DNA of 64,000 bases, taken from Candidatus Cybelea sp. (GTDB lineage: Bacteria > Vulcanimicrobiota > Vulcanimicrobiia > Vulcanimicrobiales > Vulcanimicrobiaceae). Both the position numbers and the translations under genes were made by a program. The notes below the pieces were generated by a model, which saw only the letters and a list, made by a program, of their open reading frames with translations, was not told the DNA's origin and did no database searches. Within the stretch, counting starts at the first letter, position 1. Every line of letters begins with the position of its first letter. The stretch covers positions 40,585 through 104,584 of the forward strand of contig DASXFZ010000064.1 in the NCBI GenBank assembly GCA_036489315.1, given 5' to 3'. Below are positions 55,458 through 62,170 of the stretch, piece after piece.

Positions 55458-55800
55458 CCTCTGCGTCCTCTTTCGTCGTACTGCGCCACCCCCGTGAGGG
55501 CGCATTGCCTTGGCTTAATGAAGCCGCCTTCCTGCGGAAAATATACACGACCTTATCCACTTATCCACAGGCCGCCAGCAACGCTATTTCGAGGTTTTTT
55601 CCAAATTATGTACCGGCTGTTTCCGACTCCGCGAAGTGCCGGAATTGTCCGGCGCCATAAGGCTTCCGCCCCAGTCCTTCAGGCTCGAAACGATGTATTC
55701 TCCACAACCTTGTCCACAGGTGTGGAAAGCGGGGTAGTGGTCCCTATTAGATTTATCAAACTTGGGGTGCTTGGTTGGCCAAGCGGGTTGTTAATAATAC
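55458..55800. promoter_or_regulatory. oriC core: DnaA-box cluster and AT-rich tracts upstream of dnaA
   Basis: TTATCCACT 55553-55561 overlapping TTATCCACA 55561-55569. TTCTCCACA 55698-55706. TTGTCCACA 55710-55718. TGTGGAAAG 55721-55729 (inverted). AT-rich tracts at 55595-55613, 55746-55760 and 55791-55800. Confidence 0.7.
55764..55783 (+). repeat. 20-nt hairpin motif, copy 1 (GGGGTGCTTGGTTGGCCAAG)
   Basis: Matches 18 of 20 positions of the reverse complement of 59598-59617. Contains the stem CTTGG/CCAAG, and both differences fall in the loop. Confidence 0.6.
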
Positions 55801-55809
55801 GGCGGCACA

Positions 55810-56046
55810 ATGCTTTTTCCCATGAAGCGTGCCTCTGCTCGCCTTATCATTTTACTTTTAACTATTGCAGCCGTCGTCTGGCGTTATGCGGCTGTTCAGC
55901 AGCGATGGTGGACTTGCAGCCTCAGCCGAATGACTCAGCCCGGCTATTGCTCCCGGGCGGCTCATTTGCTAGCGACAGAGGTGGGGATCGTCCTCCTAAT
56001 CGCCGCCGCAGCGTTCGTCTGGACTCGACAGCTTCCCGAGGCTTGA
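55810..56046 (+). CDS. Hypothetical small membrane protein (2 predicted TM)
   Basis: 78-aa ORF with two hydrophobic stretches (LIILLLTIAAVVW, VGIVLLIAAAAFVW). No motif I recognise. Lies in the AT-richer island. Confidence 0.35.
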   Translation: MLFPMKRASARLIILLLTIAAVVWRYAAVQQRWWTCSLSRMTQPGYCSRAAHLLATEVGIVLLIAAAAFVWTRQLPEA

Positions 56047-56060
56047 GGTATGCTTAAGCT

Positions 56061-56318
56061 ATGCCAAAGCGCTCTGGCAAGCCTCCGGCGGATCCGTTCC
56101 AAGCTGCTCACTCCGTCTTCGCCCAAATAACGGGCGAGGAGCCACGAATCGTACCGGATGATAAAGACCCCGCGGCGGTGAGCCTTGGACGTCGTGGTGG
56201 CCTAAAAGGCGGCAAGGCTAGGGCCGAAGCTCTAACCGAGGAGCAGCGCAAGGAAAGTGCCCGGAAAGCCGCTGCGGCGCGATGGGCAAAAAAGACCACT
56301 ACCGAAAGCGGAGAATAG
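56061..56318 (+). CDS. Small basic protein of the MPKRS/KGG-ARW family, full length
   Basis: 85 aa (MPKRSGKPPADP...LGRRGGLKGGKARAEALTEEQRKESARKAAAARW). A paralogue lies at 59922-60158, and a related motif is at the N-terminus of the P63C protein. Confidence 0.6.
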   Translation: MPKRSGKPPADPFQAAHSVFAQITGEEPRIVPDDKDPAAVSLGRRGGLKGGKARAEALTEEQRKESARKAAAARWAKKTTTESGE

Positions 56319-56319
56319 G

Positions 56320-56415
56320 CGGAGGGGGTGGGATTCGGACCCACGGGGGCGCACCTTGACCGGAGTCCCCGCCCGAATCTAACTCGGGTGCCTTAAGCCG
56401 CTCGGCCACCCCTCC
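56320..56415 (-). tRNA. tRNA-Leu (anticodon UAG), class II with an unusually long variable region
   Basis: Manual fold. Acceptor GGAGGGG/CCCCTCC. D-arm GCC-GAGCGGCTTAA-GGC. Anticodon stem CCCGA/TCGGG with loop GT-TAG-AT. 27-nt variable region. T-arm GTGGG-TCCGAAT-CCCAC. Discriminator G, and no encoded CCA. Confidence 0.85.
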
Positions 56416-56423
56416 GAAGAAAA

Positions 56424-57446
56424 CTATTCGTCGGGATTGTCCCTTTCGTAATCGAATAAGGGAAGATCCACGTAGGGGTCCTTGAGAGGCAACGCCCGGT
56501 CTACCATCCGCTTAAAATCCAGCCATGAATCCGCTGCTCGCATGAGCCCCGTCACGGCGTAAAGGTGTCTCTCCAATGCGGGTAGTCCGATATCGTCCGT
56601 AAGCCATTGGTGATGCTTTGCGCGACGGCGATTATTTTCACGCGGATTAAGACGCTGCAACTGGGTTAAGAGTTCTGGCGCTATCCGAGCATAAACAAGA
56701 TCATTCGTGGAGTGAGCCACGGCATGACCAGATTTGCCTGGCCCTTCCCATTCCCATCCACGCAACCGGAACAATTCCTTGTAGAAATCATCGGGGAATC
56801 TCTTTGCCCAGGCTGCGAATTCTCGGCGTAAGTATCTATCGAGAATAGCTTGGAGGGCCTCACGGTGCCGAATGTCTTGATAACCTGTAACCTCGTCAAC
56901 GAGCGCAATGATGCCAACCTTGGCAACCGCTCTAATTATAATTTCTGCGCGAATGCGCGAGAGTTCATAGTGCTTTGGTAGTCCGTTGGCCCGATCGGCA
57001 TCGAGGATCGCCGTGCATATGTCCACCAGCAGCGTCACCGGATAACCCTTAACTAATGGGCCCCCTCCGCGGCGGCGAAATTCGCGCGGTTTTGCGAGTG
57101 CGTCACGCGCCTCCTCAGAGAGGTGCGGAGTGAGCCCGGCTTGCGCTACGAAACGCCTCAACTCTCCGCCGCGGATCGTCAGGGCAAGAGCCTGCATCAT
57201 TCCGCGTTGGGAAAAGACGCGTTCCTCAGTCGCCAGTACGTAGCAATCGAGTTCAACGTCTCCGAGGTGAAGCAATCGGTCGGCGCTGCCATAAATAGCT
57301 TCAGGAATGTCCGGGTCCCATCGAGCGATAGCGGCGCGTCTCGCGATCTCAGAACGCTCAGTCGGCGCGAGGGATCGGGCACGCGCATCGCCCCCTTTCC
57401 GCCGCCCTTCCCGCACGTGCTTTTCCTTATGCATATCGTCGCTCAT
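56424..57446 (-). CDS. P63C-domain (phage-type DNA-binding) protein with an N-terminal KGG-ARW motif
   Basis: ORF runs to 57500, but the ATG at 57446 sits 6 nt after a consensus TATAAT. N-terminus GRRKGGDARARSLAPTERSEIARRAAIARW. The C-terminal region (..VDEVTGYQDIR...WAKRFPDDFYKELFRLRGW...HHQWLT..) resembles the P63C domain (assigned from memory). Confidence 0.65.
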   Translation of the reverse strand: MSDDMHKEKHVREGRRKGGDARARSLAPTERSEIARRAAIARWDPDIPEAIYGSADRLLHLGDVELDCYVLATEERVFSQRGMMQALALTIRGGELRRFVAQAGLTPHLSEEARDALAKPREFRRRGGGPLVKGYPVTLLVDICTAILDADRANGLPKHYELSRIRAEIIIRAVAKVGIIALVDEVTGYQDIRHREALQAILDRYLRREFAAWAKRFPDDFYKELFRLRGWEWEGPGKSGHAVAHSTNDLVYARIAPELLTQLQRLNPRENNRRRAKHHQWLTDDIGLPALERHLYAVTGLMRAADSWLDFKRMVDRALPLKDPYVDLPLFDYERDNPDE

Positions 57447-57452
57447 GCTTGC

Positions 57453-57480
57453 ATTATAGAGGTATTTTCTGGAATTGCAA
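57453..57480 (-). promoter_or_regulatory. Sigma70-type promoter for the P63C gene (leaderless geometry)
   Basis: On the minus strand: TTGCAA (57480-57475), 16-nt spacer, TATAAT (57458-57453), 6 nt, then ATG (57446). Confidence 0.55.
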
Positions 57481-57535
57481 GCATAACCATAGCGATGCAT
57501 GCCGAACAGACACCATATCGCACACGTGAAACGGC

Positions 57536-57564
57536 TTGTTATTGCGTGAGCGCTTTGGTATAAT
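57536..57564 (+). promoter_or_regulatory. Sigma70-type promoter for the IS1-family transposase (leaderless geometry)
   Basis: TTGTTA (57536-57541), 17-nt spacer ending in TGG (extended -10 like), TATAAT (57559-57564), 6 nt, then ATG (57571). Confidence 0.55.
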
Positions 57565-57570
57565 GGGACT

Positions 57571-58428
57571 ATGAATCGGCTTCCCTTAGCAAAACGTGTT
57601 CAGGTCCTCTCCTGCCTGGTAGAAGGCAACTCGATCCGTGGGACTTGCCGGCTGGTCGGCGTGGACAAGAAAACGATCCTGCGGCTTCTGGAGGACGTAG
57701 GCGATGCTTGCGCCGCCTATCACCATGAGGCGATCCGCGACTTAACCTGCGTTCGCGTTCAATGCGATGAGATATGGTCATACTGTCACGCCAAAGAGCG
57801 CAACCTGAAACCGCAGTACCGAGACCACGCCGACTATGGCGACCTTTGGACCTGGATCGGAATGGATGCGGATAGCAAGTTAATCGTTTCGTGGCTGCTC
57901 GGAAAACGGACCCCACGGGATGCATACCGATTCATGCGTGACCTTGCTAGCAGGATTAAGTCCTTTGTTCAAATTTCCACGGACGGATTAGCGATATACA
58001 AAGACAATATCAAACGAGCATTTAAGCACCGCGCCGATTACGGGACCGAGGTCAAGGTTTTCGGCATTGAGGATGCGCGGCAGGAGCCGGATCGTAAATA
58101 CAGTCCCTTGGTGGTCAAGGAAATGCGCCGCACGGCGGTTTTAGGTGCGCCTGATCCTGACCATATCTCAACGTCCTTCGTAGAACGGCAAAACCTTAAT
58201 ATGCGTATGTCAATGCGCCGGTTCACGCGGCTAACCAATGCGTTCTCGAAAAAGGCGCAGAACCTACACCGCTCGCTTGCGATCTACGTCATGCATTATA
58301 ATTTTGTCCGGCGGCATCAAACGCTGAAGACTACACCGGCGATAGCGCATGGCGTAACGGATCGTCAATGGACGTTAGCGGACTTGGCGAACCTGCCCGA
58401 CCTCATGCGTGAAGGTATAGCGGCCTAG
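57571..58428 (+). CDS. IS1-family DDE transposase, single ORF
   Basis: 285 aa. N-terminal HTH (KRVQVLSCLVEGNSIRGTCRLVGVDKKTILRLL). DDE region CDEIWSY...WTWIGMDADSKLIV...STDGLAIY...ERQNLNMRMSMRRFTRLTNAFSKK parallels IS1 InsB (..ERHNLNLR...SFSKS..). No terminal inverted repeats found. Confidence 0.7.
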   Translation: MNRLPLAKRVQVLSCLVEGNSIRGTCRLVGVDKKTILRLLEDVGDACAAYHHEAIRDLTCVRVQCDEIWSYCHAKERNLKPQYRDHADYGDLWTWIGMDADSKLIVSWLLGKRTPRDAYRFMRDLASRIKSFVQISTDGLAIYKDNIKRAFKHRADYGTEVKVFGIEDARQEPDRKYSPLVVKEMRRTAVLGAPDPDHISTSFVERQNLNMRMSMRRFTRLTNAFSKKAQNLHRSLAIYVMHYNFVRRHQTLKTTPAIAHGVTDRQWTLADLANLPDLMREGIAA

Positions 58429-58432
58429 GATT

Positions 58433-58690
58433 CTATTTCAGGCTTGCCGCTGCCGCAGGGGGCGGCGCGGATTGGAGCTTTGTAGGTCCTGGTGATCGGC
58501 GCTGACGAGCCCTACGGGAGCCTTCCTGCCGTCTTTCGTCAACCGCGGCATCTATACGGTCAACTTCGCGAACCATATATTCCAAAAGTATGTTAGTTAA
58601 TTCTGACGCGGAGTAGGTGTAGTCTTGGGCTAGACGCCGAATCTCAGCGCATAGCTCCGGGGTAGGCTTAAGACTGCCACGATCCGCCAT
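58433..58690 (-). CDS. Small ribbon-helix-helix-like DNA-binding protein
   Basis: 85 aa. The N-terminus (SLKPTPELCAEIRRLAQDYTYSASELTNILLEYMV) fits a beta-strand plus two helices. Basic, Pro-rich tail. TACAAT lies 8 nt upstream of the ATG. Confidence 0.45.
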   Translation of the reverse strand: MADRGSLKPTPELCAEIRRLAQDYTYSASELTNILLEYMVREVDRIDAAVDERRQEGSRRARQRRSPGPTKLQSAPPPAAAASLK

Positions 58691-58719
58691 CGAGCGTCAT
58701 TGTACCGCGTAACTGCAGT

Positions 58720-58759
58720 GTGGGGAAATTTTGTCCCCACAGTGGGGAAGGAGTGGGGA
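58720..58759. repeat. Operator/iteron-like array of GTGGGGA heptamers upstream of the RHH gene
   Basis: GTGGGGA at 58720-58726, 58742-58748 and 58753-58759 (starts 22 and 11 bp apart). An inverted copy TCCCCAC at 58734-58740 forms a palindrome with the first copy. Confidence 0.55.
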
Positions 58760-59256
58760 CAGGCGCTCCGAATCAAGTCAAACAGACACTCCGCGAGGAA
58801 GGCTTCCGATTCACGTCAAACAGATCGGACCCCCTCAAAGTGGAAACCCCAGCGGTATGAACGCCAGGGTCTCCGGGTTACCAGCTAGCGACCGTTACTA
58901 GCCCTTAGAGCCCTTCTTGGGCTCTTTCCGTTTCCCACATAGTGGCCGTATCTTCCCGATCCGCGGATCGTAGAAGAAACCGCATGCAGGCCGGTCATCC
59001 TTACGAGGCTTTGCCACGCTCGGACCCTCCTGTTGGAGCTGCTAGCCGTCAAGATTGGCGCCTAGGTCACCGCCGTTCAGAGCGATAACGCCTCAGGTCG
59101 GTCGGAGGGACACCGACCCTTGGTTTGCCTGATACCCTTTCCGACCGGGATACCTCTAATCCCGTTGACAAAGTGTTAACGCCACAACATCTTGTAGTGA
59201 CCTGAATAGTGACGCACAACAACTAGCGAACCTGCGTTCGCCCTCCCGGGGAAAGC

Positions 59257-59538
59257 CTACCAGCCCCACAGGAGCGTCAGGTGGTCGTCGCAACGGTAGC
59301 TCGGATCATAGATCGTGCCACCCAGGTATCTGAGACAGTCGATTTCGTCGGAGAAGTGGGACACCGGCGGTGGTGACGGCGTCGGCGGGCACATGAAGCC
59401 CGGCGGTGTTGCGCTACAACCCCCGCTGGTGGTCGGCCTTGGGCCCACGGTGACGTACCACGCCGTTCCCAAATGCGGTCGGGCGATCAGATAAAACAGC
59501 ACGATCGCCAGCGCAATCCAGAAGCCTCGTGGTCCCAT
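59257..59538 (-). CDS. Hypothetical small membrane-anchored Cys/Pro-rich protein
   Basis: 93-aa ORF. N-terminal TM (FWIALAIVLFYLIA), then a Pro/Cys-containing extracytoplasmic part. A GCGAAC/GTTCGC hairpin follows the stop (59226-59241). No motif I recognise. Confidence 0.4.
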   Translation of the reverse strand: MGPRGFWIALAIVLFYLIARPHLGTAWYVTVGPRPTTSGGCSATPPGFMCPPTPSPPPVSHFSDEIDCLRYLGGTIYDPSYRCDDHLTLLWGW

Positions 59539-59597
59539 AGCCAGTGATTCGTCGCCTCCTCACCCGCTAACCTTACCAACCTCCTTTTGCCCTTGTT

Positions 59598-59617
59598 CTT
59601 GGTAAACCAAGCACCCC
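59598..59617 (-). repeat. 20-nt hairpin motif, copy 2 (rc GGGGTGCTTGGTTTACCAAG)
   Basis: Inverted copy of 55764-55783, 18 of 20 identical. The stem CTTGG/CCAAG is preserved. Confidence 0.6.
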
Positions 59618-59622
59618 GCCTC

Positions 59623-59668
59623 AAATGGGACCACTACCGAAAGCGGGATGGCCCGTGGGTTTGAATCC
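59623..59668 (+). repeat. Relic: 3' end of a KGG-family gene plus a tRNA T-arm-like fragment
   Basis: 59629-59646 is identical (18 of 18) to 56294-56311, the end of the 85-aa gene. 59652-59668 (CCCGTGGGTTTGAATCC) matches 15 of 17 positions of the T-arm of tRNA-Leu, the minus-strand sequence of 56331-56347. Confidence 0.6.
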
Positions 59669-59741
59669 GCGGGACAAGCAGCCGAAAAACCGTTAAGGAG
59701 CGCTATTTGACAGGGGTAGCCGTTGCTCTTAACCTTGAGAA

Positions 59742-59918
59742 ATGCCTAAGCGCTCACGCAAGCCTCCCGCCGCCCCTCGGCTCGTTCTGCCGGAACGGCC
59801 GCCCAGGATCACCGATGACGACGATGACGGCTTAGCGGGGGCCCTCGTGCCAAAGAAGCCGAGGCAGCCGGTCCTCGTCGGTGGGGCGGCAGCTGCACCG
59901 CCTAAACGGCCGCGGTGA
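59742..59918 (+). CDS. Short N-terminal paralogue of the MPKRS family (58 aa, lacks the KGG-ARW half)
   Basis: Read manually and absent from the ORF track because it is under 60 aa: MPKRSRKPPAAPRLVLPERPPRITDDDDDGLAGALVPKKPRQPVLVGGAAAAPPKRPR. It shares its first ~10 residues with the 56061 and 60158 genes. Confidence 0.35.
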   Translation: MPKRSRKPPAAPRLVLPERPPRITDDDDDGLAGALVPKKPRQPVLVGGAAAAPPKRPR

Positions 59919-59921
59919 CCG

Positions 59922-60158
59922 CTATTCGGAGCGCTTCTTCCAACGAGCAGCGGCGGCTACCTTAGCCGCTTCAGTGCGTTGCGCTGCGGTCAAGGCCTTC
60001 TTCCTTGCTGGGCCGCCTTTGAGGCCACCACGACGGCCCAAAGCGACCGCAGCCGGGTCCTTACCGTTGCCCTCGCCTGATAGCGTGGCGATCGGGTCGA
60101 GGATAGACTTGGCCGCTAGGCTTTCATCGGCCGCAGGTTTGCGTGAGCGCTCAGGCAT
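59922..60158 (-). CDS. Small basic protein of the MPKRS/KGG-ARW family, full length
   Basis: 78 aa (MPERSRKPAADE...LGRRGGLKGGPARKKALTAAQRTEAAKVAAAARW). The DNA core ggccgtcgtggtggcctcaaaggcggc matches the 56061 gene at 25 of 27 positions. Confidence 0.6.
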   Translation of the reverse strand: MPERSRKPAADESLAAKSILDPIATLSGEGNGKDPAAVALGRRGGLKGGPARKKALTAAQRTEAAKVAAAARWKKRSE

Positions 60159-60522
60159 ACCCTAAGCCTACCATGCCGGCACAAGCGGGACCGAGCAGGC
60201 TTGCTCGCGGGCTGATTGGAGCTCCCGTCGGGCTCGTCGGGGCTTAGCATTGTGCCTGGGAAGTTCGGTTAAGGCATGTCTGCCCGATCGCCCCGAGCTT
60301 TTTTGGCTAGTTACATTCGAGTGCTGGATTTACGGGTTCGTCGTTTACAGCCCGGCCTTCATCGTGGGTTTTGCGAAGCATACTTCGCGCACTTTAGGCT
60401 CCTGATCGTGTTGGCGCTCATTTTCACGACTGCTTACCGGCCTAGCTTGCCCCCGTTGCCGTCTTTACGGCCGTCATCTGGGCCGCGAAGACCGCGCCTA
60501 GGCCGGGCGGGGGCGAAGGTCA

Positions 60523-60550
60523 TTGCCTTTTGGGCGGGCTCTGCTACAAT
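60523..60550 (+). promoter_or_regulatory. Sigma70-type promoter directly upstream of rpmA
   Basis: TTGCCT (60523-60528), 16-nt spacer, TACAAT (60545-60550), then ATG at 60560, 9 nt downstream. Confidence 0.5.
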
Positions 60551-60559
60551 AGCGCGGCT

Positions 60560-60838
60560 ATGTTCGATTTCGATCTGCAGCTGTTTGCGTCCAAAAAGGG
60601 TGCCGGCTCGACCCGCAACGGGCGGGATTCCAACGCGCAGCGTCTGGGAGTCAAGCGCTTCGGCGGCGAGCGGGTAGTCGCCGGCAACATCCTGGTTCGC
60701 CAGCGCGGGACGCACTTCTACCCCGGCACCAATGTCGGGATGGGGCGCGACCACACGCTTTTTGCACTCGTCGAGGGGGTCGTGCAGTTCAGCGTGAGCC
60801 GCGACCGCCAGCAGATTTCGGTAGTCCCTGCCGCGTAA
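60560..60838 (+). CDS. rpmA: 50S ribosomal protein L27 with an N-terminal propeptide
   Basis: ATG at 60560. MFDFDLQLF|[27 protein letters not shown]... aligns with B. subtilis MLRLDLQFF|ASKKGVGSTKNGRDS. E. coli L27 starts at the [15 protein letters not shown] equivalent. Confidence 0.95.
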   Translation: MFDFDLQLFASKKGAGSTRNGRDSNAQRLGVKRFGGERVVAGNILVRQRGTHFYPGTNVGMGRDHTLFALVEGVVQFSVSRDRQQISVVPAA

Positions 60839-60904
60839 GGCGCTGCGGACCATCTGCGACTGGGGCCGTTAGGCCCCTTTTCGTTATCCGGCGAAGTAAC
60901 GAGC

Positions 60905-62170
60905 GTGCAGTTTATCGACGAAGCCGAGATCGATGTCGCCGCCGGCGACGGCGGTGACGGCATCGTCGCCTGGCGCCGCGAGAAGTACGTGCCGAAGGGT
61001 GGGCCGGCCGGCGGAGACGGAGGCCATGGCGGAAGCATCTACCTCGAAGCGACCGCGGAGCTGTCGACGCTCGTCGAGTTTCGCTTTCGCCGCACCTTTT
61101 CGGCTGAATCGGGCAAAGCCGGCGGCACCTCGAAGAAATCTGGAAAGAGCGGCGCGGATTTGACGGTCGCCGTCCCGGTCGGCACGCTCGTCTTTGGACG
61201 CGCCGGGGACTCACCCGAATCAGTCGTGGCCGATCTTGCGCACGCGGGTGCGCGGCTATTAGTCGCTAAGGGCGGGCGCGGCGGACTGGGCAATCAGCAC
61301 TTTGCGACGAGCGTTCGTCAAGCGCCGCGTTTTGCCGAACGGGGTGCGCCCGGCGAGCGCGCGCACCTGCGTTTGGAACTCAAGCTCCTCGCCGACTGCG
61401 GGATCATCGGCGTCCCCAACGCGGGGAAATCTACCCTGCTCTCGGTCGTATCGTCGGCTCGGCCGAAGATCGCCGACTATCCCTTCACCACGCTCGAGCC
61501 GCAGCTCGGCGTCGTGCGCGTCTCCGATGAGGAATCGTACGTCATGGTCGACGTGCCGGGGCTAATCGAGGGCGCACACGAAGGCGCCGGCCTCGGCGAC
61601 CTCTTCCTGCGGCACGTCGAACGTACGCGCGTTTTGCTGCACTTGCTCGACGGCTCGAAGCCGCTCGACGAGATTCTCGCCGATAAGGAAACGATCGAAC
61701 ACGAACTGCACGCGTGGAATCCGCGATTGCTGGAAAAGCCGGCGATGCTCGTGCTCAACAAGCTCGATCTGCCGAATGCGCGCGAGTGCTTTTCCGAGCT
61801 GCAGTCGCGTTTTCCGGGCGTTCGAGGTATCAGCGCCGCGACGCACGACGGCGTGCGCGAACTCGTGCTCGAGGTTTGGCGCACGATCGAATCGGCGCCA
61901 TTACCCGAGATCGTCGCGCCGCAAGCGGTGCGCATCGAGCTGCGATCTCCCGATGCGTTCGCGATCGAGCGACAGGACGACGGAGCCTTCGTCGTTAGCG
62001 GCGAGCGCGTCGAACGACTGGCGGCGATGACGAACTTCGAATCCGACGAGGGGCTCGCGCGATTCGAGCGCGCGCTCGGAAAGATGGGCGTCGAGAAGCG
62101 GCTGGTCGAGCTCGGCGCGCAGGAAGGGGATACCGTTCGCATCGGGCCGTACGAGTTCACCTACTCATGA
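60905..62170 (+). CDS. obg: GTPase Obg/CgtA
   Basis: 421 aa, GTG start. Obg fold (FIDEAEIDVAAGDGGDG...GGDGGHGGS), G1 GVPNAGKSTLL, G3 DVPGLIEGA, NKLD, and a C-terminal OCT-like domain. Confidence 0.95.
   Translation: MQFIDEAEIDVAAGDGGDGIVAWRREKYVPKGGPAGGDGGHGGSIYLEATAELSTLVEFRFRRTFSAESGKAGGTSKKSGKSGADLTVAVPVGTLVFGRAGDSPESVVADLAHAGARLLVAKGGRGGLGNQHFATSVRQAPRFAERGAPGERAHLRLELKLLADCGIIGVPNAGKSTLLSVVSSARPKIADYPFTTLEPQLGVVRVSDEESYVMVDVPGLIEGAHEGAGLGDLFLRHVERTRVLLHLLDGSKPLDEILADKETIEHELHAWNPRLLEKPAMLVLNKLDLPNARECFSELQSRFPGVRGISAATHDGVRELVLEVWRTIESAPLPEIVAPQAVRIELRSPDAFAIERQDDGAFVVSGERVERLAAMTNFESDEGLARFERALGKMGVEKRLVELGAQEGDTVRIGPYEFTYS

Noticed and set aside
57500-58480. A complete IS element around the IS1-family transposase.
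   Set aside because: I compared about 70 nt on each flank and found no terminal inverted repeats or target-site duplication. I therefore report only the transposase CDS. It may be a truncated or domesticated copy.
58700-58888. 62-aa ORF on the plus strand.
   Set aside because: It overlaps the GTGGGGA operator array and the RHH promoter. It has no SD or promoter and a Ser/Arg/Lys-rich composition, so it is likely spurious.
60276-60677. 133-aa plus-strand ORF and the 139-aa minus-strand ORF (60434-60853) around rpmA.
   Set aside because: Both overlap the unmistakable L27 reading frame and its promoter in other frames. Their compositions are Arg/Pro/Ser-rich.
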